Position numbers and translations under genes: made by a program
The notes under the pieces: generated by a model
Seen by the model: only the letters and a program-made list of their open reading frames with translations
What the model was told of the DNA's origin: nothing
Databases searched by the model: none
NCBI GenBank assembly: GCA_043228905.1
Contig: JBHGNT010000506.1
Span: 1 to 22,197, forward strand
Reading direction: 5' to 3'
DNA: 22,197 nucleotides
From: Azolla caroliniana
Lineage: Eukaryota; Plantae; Polypodiophyta
In this document: piece by piece, positions 1 to 7,248 of the stretch
Layout: the number at the start of each line of letters is the position of its first letter
Numbering within the stretch: position 1 is the first letter of the stretch

Positions 1-553
1 CTTGCCCAAGACCCATACCAACTAGTCCACCCTCCCACACGTCTAGGCTAGTCCTAGGTGTCGTATTGTCACCAGACAATCTGGGCGCAACCTGTAGCGG
101 GTACTCCTCCTCCTCGCGCGAGAGCTTGTCGAGCAACATAACATTTATACATACATAGGTAAATGTGCGCACTCGCGCGTGCGCGTAGGGGTGTGCGGGC
201 ACGTGCACATTAAACTAGAACGCGCTAGTGCCGAGACACTAAGCACGCGGAGGCTACTGCGGGACGAGTGGTGGCTCCCGAGTGTGCTACATCGATGAAC
301 GTAGATAGACCGGTGTCCGTACTCGCTCGTTCGGACGGACGAGGGGTTGGTAACGACGACGACAAGGAAAGCTAACCGGACTACCACACTAGGAGTGTCC
401 TATCGGGCAAGTGTGGAAGCAAGTTCACATTCGCCGCGTGTACAAGTTGACCTTAGCCTTAGCCGTTGCCGTGGCGTGTGCGGTATGGGTGTCCTGCTTT
501 GATGTTTTCTTTTCCGTTTGGGTGGTTTGCGGTCCCTATAGGCAAATTCTATG

Positions 554-615
554 CGTTGGTGCTCGTGTTTACGTTCGTGTTGGAGGGACGTTGGTGCTCG
601 TGTTTACGTTCGTGT
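554..615. repeat. Perfect 27-bp direct repeat x2 (cgttggtgctcgtgtttacgttcgtgt) with an 8-bp spacer, downstream of each stop codon
   Basis: Copies at 554-580 and 589-615. Present in all units, but the second copy is truncated in unit 2. Confidence 0.95.
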
Positions 616-714
616 GGGTGTAATGCGCGATTGGGGAGACGCACTTGTTCGTAAACACTTACGAGAAATTAGAGAGAGACCACGAGAATAATTTGAACAA
701 GGTTTATGTACTAT

Positions 715-1485
715 TTAGAAGCGACGAATACAAGCACGAGGGCGAAGATCGCACTGTTGGAGTAGGCGGGAGGCGGCGACGCCTAGAGCTCTTTCCTCGT
801 CATCGGCCTTGAATTGGCGACGTTGTTGACGTTCGTCCTCTTGTCGTCGAGACATGCGGTGGCGGCGTTCGTCACCCTCTCGTCGCTCACGGCTGCTATC
901 TCTCTCGCGCTCCTCGTCCTCTTCCTCCCAGCTACGGTGTTCCCTTGATTGTTGGCCATGGCGTCGGCCTTCATCATTGCGTCGTTCCTCCTCGTCAGCA
1001 TACAAGGCATCACGTAGGCGATCGCATCGATCTTCGGCGGGGATTCGTTCGACGTTCCTGCAGCACCGTTCCGAGGGTCTTGAGTATCGAGTGTTTTCGA
1101 TCCATGGGGAGCGACGTCCTTGTTCACCTTCCTCTCTTTCGGAGCGCTCTTGTAGCTCTCGGATCTGCTTGTCGATGAAATCACCGCACTCTCGCCTCAG
1201 TTCCTCGTCACGTGGCTCATCGCGACCACGGCTACGACGTTCCCTTTCCTCTTCGGAGTCTCTCTTGTTGTCTCTGTAGCGGCGCCCCTCCTCAAGGAAC
1301 CCCTCACGACGTCGCTCGCACTCCCCCTCTCGGCGTCGATCGCGCCTCTCCTCGTCAATGTCTCCCTCACGACGTCGATCGCGTCGCTCCTCTTCACGGT
1401 CCCGCCCTACAGACCTAGCATTGGCCGCGGTACACGCGGCGAGCATGATCACGGCCATGAGGAATACGGAAGTAAGCTTTGCCAT
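715..1485 (-). CDS. 2S albumin-like (prolamin superfamily) Arg/Glu-rich storage protein precursor, copy 1
   Basis: 256-aa uninterrupted ORF, ATG in a plant-like context (gcaATGGC), TAA stop. Signal peptide MAKLTSVFLMAVIMLAACTAANA ends in A-N-A. Cys at 56, 100, 141-142, 154, 245, 252. LRRECGDFI, ERCCRNVERIPAEDRCDRL and ASRLLQQCDLRPRAC resemble the three conserved 2S albumin blocks. TATA and RY elements lie upstream. Confidence 0.85.
   Translation of the reverse strand: MAKLTSVFLMAVIMLAACTAANARSVGRDREEERRDRRREGDIDEERRDRRREGECERRREGFLEEGRRYRDNKRDSEEERERRSRGRDEPRDEELRRECGDFIDKQIRELQERSEREEGEQGRRSPWIENTRYSRPSERCCRNVERIPAEDRCDRLRDALYADEEERRNDEGRRHGQQSREHRSWEEEDEERERDSSRERREGDERRHRMSRRQEDERQQRRQFKADDEERALGVAASRLLQQCDLRPRACIRRF
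1300..1392 (-). repeat. Intragenic coding repeat: EERRDRRREG x2 (39-bp period) plus a partial ERRREG
   Basis: Residues 32-41 (1363-1392), 45-54 (1324-1353) and 57-62 (1300-1317). A related ERREGD occurs at residues 200-205. Confidence 0.9.
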
Positions 1486-1551
1486 TGCGATTGTCCTTAT
1501 GATCCCGGTGCTTGTCTCCTAATGGATTGTATTGACATTGCTCCCTCCACC

Positions 1552-1562
1552 TTTAATATATA
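1552..1562 (-). promoter_or_regulatory. TATA-like box (TATATATTAAA on the minus strand), repeated upstream of every full copy
   Basis: The + strand reads tttaatatata at 1552-1562, 67-77 bp upstream of the ATG. It is a conspicuous AT island and implies a TSS near ~1525-1535 (inferred). Confidence 0.7.
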
Positions 1563-1563
1563 C

Positions 1564-1595
1564 ACATGGCCATGCAATCAGAGCACATGCATGTC
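1564..1595. promoter_or_regulatory. RY/Sph element cluster in a legumin-box-like context (candidate ABI3/FUS3/LEC2-type B3 site), repeated upstream of every full copy
   Basis: CATGCA at 1571-1576 and a full CATGCATG at 1586-1593, inside the palindrome ACATGCATGT. CATGGCCATGCAA resembles the legumin-box core CATAGCCATGCAA. It sits immediately upstream of the TATA box. Confidence 0.75.
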
Positions 1596-1617
1596 ACTCA
1601 CCACTCCCATTACCATA

Positions 1618-1682
1618 ACGTGTGTGTCCTGCGTACAACTCTTGCCCAAGACCCATACCAACTAGTCCACCCTCCCACACGT
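1618..1682. promoter_or_regulatory. Two ABRE-like ACGTG cores, repeated along the array
   Basis: ACGTG(TG) on + at 1618-1622. CACGT at 1678-1682 reads ACGTGTGG on the minus strand. These are short motifs, supported mainly by proximity to the RY elements. Confidence 0.4.
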
Positions 1683-1838
1683 CTAGGCTAGTCCTAGGTG
1701 TCGTATTGTCACCAGACAATCTGGGCGCAACCTGTAGCGGGTACTCCTCCTCCTCGCGCGAGAGCTTGTCGAGCAACATAACATTTATACATACATAGGT
1801 AAATGTGCGCACTCGCGCGTGCGCGTAGGGGTGTGCGG

Positions 1839-1846
1839 GCACGTGC
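1839..1846. promoter_or_regulatory. G-box GCACGTGC (candidate bZIP/bHLH site), in every unit (also 199-206)
   Basis: Palindromic CACGTG at 1840-1845, about 355 bp upstream of the ATG, next to CGCGTG coupling-element-like motifs at ~1814-1826. Confidence 0.45.
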
Positions 1847-2328
1847 ACATTAAACTAGAACGCGCTAGTGCCGAGACACTAAGCACGCGGAGGCTACTGC
1901 GGGACGAGTGGTGGCTCCCGAGTGTGCTACATCGATGAACGTAGATAGACCGGTGTCCGTACTCGCTCGTTCGGACGGACGAGGGGTTGGTAACGACGAC
2001 GACAAGGAAAGCTAACCGGACTACCACACTAGGAGTGTCCTATCGGGCAAGTGTGGAAGCAAGTTCACATTCGCCGCGTGTACAAGTTGACCTTAGCCTT
2101 AGCCGTTGCCGTGGCGTGTGCGGTATGGGTGTCCTGCTTTGATGTTTTCTTTTCCGTTTGGGTGGTTTGCGGTCCCTATAGGCAAATTCTATGCGTTGGT
2201 GCTCGTGTTTACGTTCGTGTTGGAGGGACGTTGGTGCTCCGCGATTGGGGAGACGCACTTGTTCGTAAACACTTACGAGAAATTAGAGAGAGACCACGAG
2301 AATAATTTGAACAAGGTTTATGTACTAT

Positions 2329-3099
2329 TTAGAAGCGACGAATACAAGCACGAGGGCGAAGATCGCACTGTTGGAGTAGGCGGGAGGCGGCGACGCCTAG
2401 AGCTCTTTCCTCGTCATCGGCCTTGAATTGGCGACGTTGTTGACGTTCGTCCTCTTGTCGTCGAGACATGCGGTGGCGGCGTTCGTCACCCTCTCGTCGC
2501 TCACGGCTGCTATCTCTCTCGCGCTCCTCGTCCTCTTCCTCCCAGCTACGGTGTTCCCTTGATTGTTGGCCATGGCGTCGGCCTTCATCATTGCGTCGTT
2601 CCTCCTCGTCAGCATACAAGGCATCACGTAGGCGATCGCATCGATCTTCGGCGGGGATTCGTTCGACGTTCCTGCAGCACCGTTCCGAGGGTCTTGAGTA
2701 TCGAGTGTTTTCGATCCATGGGGAGCGACGTCCTTGTTCACCTTCCTCTCTTTCGGAGCGCTCTTGTAGCTCTCGGATCTGCTTGTCGATGAAATCACCG
2801 CACTCTCGCCTCAGTTCCTCGTCACGTGGCTCATCGCGACCACGGCTACGACGTTCCCTTTCCTCTTCGGAGTCTCTCTTGTTGTCTCTGTAGCGGCGCC
2901 CCTCCTCAAGGAACCCCTCACGACGTCGCTCGCACTCCCCCTCTCGGCGTCGATCGCGCCTCTCCTCGTCAATGTCTCCCTCACGACGTCGATCGCGTCG
3001 CTCCTCTTCACGGTCCCGCCCTACAGACCTAGCATTGGCCGCGGTACACGCGGCGAGCATGATCACGGCCATGAGGAATACGGAAGTAAGCTTTGCCAT
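2329..3099 (-). CDS. 2S albumin-like Arg/Glu-rich storage protein precursor, copy 2
   Basis: Translation identical to copy 1. Confidence 0.85.
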   Translation of the reverse strand: MAKLTSVFLMAVIMLAACTAANARSVGRDREEERRDRRREGDIDEERRDRRREGECERRREGFLEEGRRYRDNKRDSEEERERRSRGRDEPRDEELRRECGDFIDKQIRELQERSEREEGEQGRRSPWIENTRYSRPSERCCRNVERIPAEDRCDRLRDALYADEEERRNDEGRRHGQQSREHRSWEEEDEERERDSSRERREGDERRHRMSRRQEDERQQRRQFKADDEERALGVAASRLLQQCDLRPRACIRRF

Positions 3100-3968
3100 T
3101 GCGATTGTCCTTATGATCCCGGTGCTTGTCTCCTAATGGATTGTATTGACATTGCTCCCTCCACCTTTAATATATACACATGGCCATGCAATCAGAGCAC
3201 ATGCATGTCACTCACCACTCCCATTACCATAACGTGTGTGTCCTGCGTACAACTCTTGCCCAAGACCCATACCAACTAGTCCACCCTCCCACACGTCTAG
3301 GCTAGTCCTAGGTGTCGTATTGTCACCAGACAATCTGGGCGCAACCTGTAGCGGGTACTCCTCCTCCTCGCGCGAGAGCTTGTCGAGCAACATAACATTT
3401 ATACATACATAGGTAAATGTGCGCACTCGCGCGTGCGCGTAGGGGTGTGCGGGCACGTGCACATTAAACTAGAACGCGCTAGTGCCGAGACACTAAGCAC
3501 GCGGAGGCTACTGCGGGACGAGTGGTGGCTCCCGAGTGTGCTACATCGATGAACGTAGATAGACCGGTGTCCGTACTCGCTCGTTCGGACGGACGAGGGG
3601 TTGGTAACGACGACGACAAGGAAAGCTAACCGGACTACCACACTAGGAGTGTCCTATCGGGCAAGTGTGGAAGCAAGTTCACATTCGCCGCGTGTACAAG
3701 TTGACCTTAGCCTTAGCCGTTGCCGTGGCGTGTGCGGTATGGGTGTCCTGCTTTGATGTTTTCTTTTCCGTTTGGGTGGTTTGCGGTCCCTATAGGCAAA
3801 TTCTATGCGTTGGTGCTCGTGTTTACGTTCGTGTTGGAGGGACGTTGGTGCTCGTGTTTACGTTCGTGTGGGTGTAATGCGCGATTGGGGAGACGCACTT
3901 GTTCGTAAACACTTACGAGAAATTAGAGAGAGACCACGAGAATAATTTGAACAAGGTTTATGTACTAT

Positions 3969-4739
3969 TTAGAAGCGACGAATACAAGCACGAGGGCGAA
4001 GATCGCACTGTTGGAGTAGGCGGGAGGCGGCGACGCCTAGAGCTCTTTCCTCGTCATCGGCCTTGAATTGGCGACGTTGTTGACGTTCGTCCTCTTGTCG
4101 TCGAGACATGCGGTGGCGGCGTTCGTCACCCTCTCGTCGCTCACGGCTGCTATCTCTCTCGCGCTCCTCGTCCTCTTCCTCCCAGCTACGGTGTTCCCTT
4201 GATTGTTGGCCATGGCGTCGGCCTTCATCATTGCGTCGTTCCTCCTCGTCAGCATACAAGGCATCACGTAGGCGATCGCATCGATCTTCGGCGGGGATTC
4301 GTTCGACGTTCCTGCAGCACCGTTCCGAGGGTCTTGAGTATCGAGTGTTTTCGATCCATGGGGAGCGACGTCCTTGTTCACCTTCCTCTCTTTCGGAGCG
4401 CTCTTGTAGCTCTCGGATCTGCTTGTCGATGAAATCACCGCACTCTCGCCTCAGTTCCTCGTCACGTGGCTCATCGCGACCACGGCTACGACGTTCCCTT
4501 TCCTCTTCGGAGTCTCTCTTGTTGTCTCTGTAGCGGCGCCCCTCCTCAAGGAACCCCTCACGACGTCGCTCGCACTCCCCCTCTCGGCGTCGATCGCGCC
4601 TCTCCTCGTCAATGTCTCCCTCACGACGTCGATCGCGTCGCTCCTCTTCACGGTCCCGCCCTACAGACCTAGCATTGGCCGCGGTACACGCGGCGAGCAT
4701 GATCACGGCCATGAGGAATACGGAAGTAAGCTTTGCCAT
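3969..4739 (-). CDS. 2S albumin-like Arg/Glu-rich storage protein precursor, copy 3
   Basis: Translation identical to copy 1. Confidence 0.85.
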   Translation of the reverse strand: MAKLTSVFLMAVIMLAACTAANARSVGRDREEERRDRRREGDIDEERRDRRREGECERRREGFLEEGRRYRDNKRDSEEERERRSRGRDEPRDEELRRECGDFIDKQIRELQERSEREEGEQGRRSPWIENTRYSRPSERCCRNVERIPAEDRCDRLRDALYADEEERRNDEGRRHGQQSREHRSWEEEDEERERDSSRERREGDERRHRMSRRQEDERQQRRQFKADDEERALGVAASRLLQQCDLRPRACIRRF

Positions 4740-5608
4740 TGCGATTGTCCTTATGATCCCGGTGCTTGTCTCCTAATGGATTGTATTGACATTGCTCCCT
4801 CCACCTTTAATATATACACATGGCCATGCAATCAGAGCACATGCATGTCACTCACCACTCCCATTACCATAACGTGTGTGTCCTGCGTACAACTCTTGCC
4901 CAAGACCCATACCAACTAGTCCACCCTCCCACACGTCTAGGCTAGTCCTAGGTGTCGTATTGTCACCAGACAATCTGGGCGCAACCTGTAGCGGGTACTC
5001 CTCCTCCTCGCGCGAGAGCTTGTCGAGCAACATAACATTTATACATACATAGGTAAATGTGCGCACTCGCGCGTGCGCGTAGGGGTGTGCGGGCACGTGC
5101 ACATTAAACTAGAACGCGCTAGTGCCGAGACACTAAGCACGCGGAGGCTACTGCGGGACGAGTGGTGGCTCCCGAGTGTGCTACATCGATGAACGTAGAT
5201 AGACCGGTGTCCGTACTCGCTCGTTCGGACGGACGAGGGGTTGGTAACGACGACGACAAGGAAAGCTAACCGGACTACCACACTAGGAGTGTCCTATCGG
5301 GCAAGTGTGGAAGCAAGTTCACATTCGCCGCGTGTACAAGTTGACCTTAGCCTTAGCCGTTGCCGTGGCGTGTGCGGTATGGGTGTCCTGCTTTGATGTT
5401 TTCTTTTCCGTTTGGGTGGTTTGCGGTCCCTATAGGCAAATTCTATGCGTTGGTGCTCGTGTTTACGTTCGTGTTGGAGGGACGTTGGTGCTCGTGTTTA
5501 CGTTCGTGTGGGTGTAATGCGCGATTGGGGAGACGCACTTGTTCGTAAACACTTACGAGAAATTAGAGAGAGACCACGAGAATAATTTGAACAAGGTTTA
5601 TGTACTAT

Positions 5609-6379
5609 TTAGAAGCGACGAATACAAGCACGAGGGCGAAGATCGCACTGTTGGAGTAGGCGGGAGGCGGCGACGCCTAGAGCTCTTTCCTCGTCATCGG
5701 CCTTGAATTGGCGACGTTGTTGACGTTCGTCCTCTTGTCGTCGAGACATGCGGTGGCGGCGTTCGTCACCCTCTCGTCGCTCACGGCTGCTATCTCTCTC
5801 GCGCTCCTCGTCCTCTTCCTCCCAGCTACGGTGTTCCCTTGATTGTTGGCCATGGCGTCGGCCTTCATCATTGCGTCGTTCCTCCTCGTCAGCATACAAG
5901 GCATCACGTAGGCGATCGCATCGATCTTCGGCGGGGATTCGTTCGACGTTCCTGCAGCACCGTTCCGAGGGTCTTGAGTATCGAGTGTTTTCGATCCATG
6001 GGGAGCGACGTCCTTGTTCACCTTCCTCTCTTTCGGAGCGCTCTTGTAGCTCTCGGATCTGCTTGTCGATGAAATCACCGCACTCTCGCCTCAGTTCCTC
6101 GTCACGTGGCTCATCGCGACCACGGCTACGACGTTCCCTTTCCTCTTCGGAGTCTCTCTTGTTGTCTCTGTAGCGGCGCCCCTCCTCAAGGAACCCCTCA
6201 CGACGTCGCTCGCACTCCCCCTCTCGGCGTCGATCGCGCCTCTCCTCGTCAATGTCTCCCTCACGACGTCGATCGCGTCGCTCCTCTTCACGGTCCCGCC
6301 CTACAGACCTAGCATTGGCCGCGGTACACGCGGCGAGCATGATCACGGCCATGAGGAATACGGAAGTAAGCTTTGCCAT
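5609..6379 (-). CDS. 2S albumin-like Arg/Glu-rich storage protein precursor, copy 4
   Basis: Translation identical to copy 1. Confidence 0.85.
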   Translation of the reverse strand: MAKLTSVFLMAVIMLAACTAANARSVGRDREEERRDRRREGDIDEERRDRRREGECERRREGFLEEGRRYRDNKRDSEEERERRSRGRDEPRDEELRRECGDFIDKQIRELQERSEREEGEQGRRSPWIENTRYSRPSERCCRNVERIPAEDRCDRLRDALYADEEERRNDEGRRHGQQSREHRSWEEEDEERERDSSRERREGDERRHRMSRRQEDERQQRRQFKADDEERALGVAASRLLQQCDLRPRACIRRF

Positions 6380-7248
6380 TGCGATTGTCCTTATGATCCC
6401 GGTGCTTGTCTCCTAATGGATTGTATTGACATTGCTCCCTCCACCTTTAATATATACACATGGCCATGCAATCAGAGCACATGCATGTCACTCACCACTC
6501 CCATTACCATAACGTGTGTGTCCTGCGTACAACTCTTGCCCAAGACCCATACCAACTAGTCCACCCTCCCACACGTCTAGGCTAGTCCTAGGTGTCGTAT
6601 TGTCACCAGACAATCTGGGCGCAACCTGTAGCGGGTACTCCTCCTCCTCGCGCGAGAGCTTGTCGAGCAACATAACATTTATACATACATAGGTAAATGT
6701 GCGCACTCGCGCGTGCGCGTAGGGGTGTGCGGGCACGTGCACATTAAACTAGAACGCGCTAGTGCCGAGACACTAAGCACGCGGAGGCTACTGCGGGACG
6801 AGTGGTGGCTCCCGAGTGTGCTACATCGATGAACGTAGATAGACCGGTGTCCGTACTCGCTCGTTCGGACGGACGAGGGGTTGGTAACGACGACGACAAG
6901 GAAAGCTAACCGGACTACCACACTAGGAGTGTCCTATCGGGCAAGTGTGGAAGCAAGTTCACATTCGCCGCGTGTACAAGTTGACCTTAGCCTTAGCCGT
7001 TGCCGTGGCGTGTGCGGTATGGGTTTCCTGCTTTGATGTTTTCTTTTCCGTTTGGGTGGTTTGCGGTCCCTATAGGCAAATTCTATGCGTTGGTGCTCGT
7101 GTTTACGTTCGTGTTGGAGGGACGTTGGTGCTCGTGTTTACGTTCGTGTGGGTGTAATGCGCGATTGGGGAGACGCACTTGTTCGTAAACACTTACGAGA
7201 AATTAGAGAGAGACCACGAGAATAATTTGAACAAGGTTTATGTACTAT

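Noticed and set aside
65-80. Inverted repeat ATTGTC-acca-GACAAT as a paired auxin-response element
   Set aside because: The TGTC cores are closer than the usual ARF dimer spacing, and a 6-bp stem is expected by chance.
554-615. 27-bp direct repeats as a CRISPR mini-array
   Set aside because: Only two copies per unit, an invariant 8-bp spacer, no cas genes, and a eukaryotic context.
145-654. Spacer ORFs of 80, 70 and 62 aa, some hydrophobic (and the 84-aa ORF at 1594-1848)
   Set aside because: Several start at GTG, which is unlikely in a plant. The hydrophobicity comes from GT-rich sequence and the 27-bp repeat. They are frameshifted or altered by the unit 2 and unit 8 indels, and some overlap promoter elements.
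649-664. Histone-type 3' stem-loop (6-bp stem, 4-nt loop in a tandem gene array)
   Set aside because: The geometry matches but the sequence does not match the histone stem-loop consensus, the protein is not a histone, and land-plant histone mRNAs are polyadenylated.
854-1279. 141-aa Ser/Arg-rich + strand ORF resembling an SR protein (recurs in each unit)
   Set aside because: Antisense shadow of the Glu/Arg/Asp-rich CDS, whose GAR/GAY/CGN codons read as Ser/Arg/Leu on the opposite strand. It has no RRM and no promoter evidence.
783-1418. Overlapping 133-, 77-, 66- and 68-aa ORFs inside the main gene
   Set aside because: Alternative frames of a GC-rich, stop-poor sequence with no recognisable motifs. 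Synonymous divergence in the internal repeat supports the 256-aa frame.
715-1485. Vicilin N-terminal/alpha-hairpinin, LEA, protamine or nsLTP assignment
   Set aside because: No CxxxC pairs or cupin domain and no LEA motifs. The signal peptide and acidic balance exclude protamine. Size and charge do not fit nsLTP. The CC...xC...LxxxC...C pattern fits 2S albumins best.
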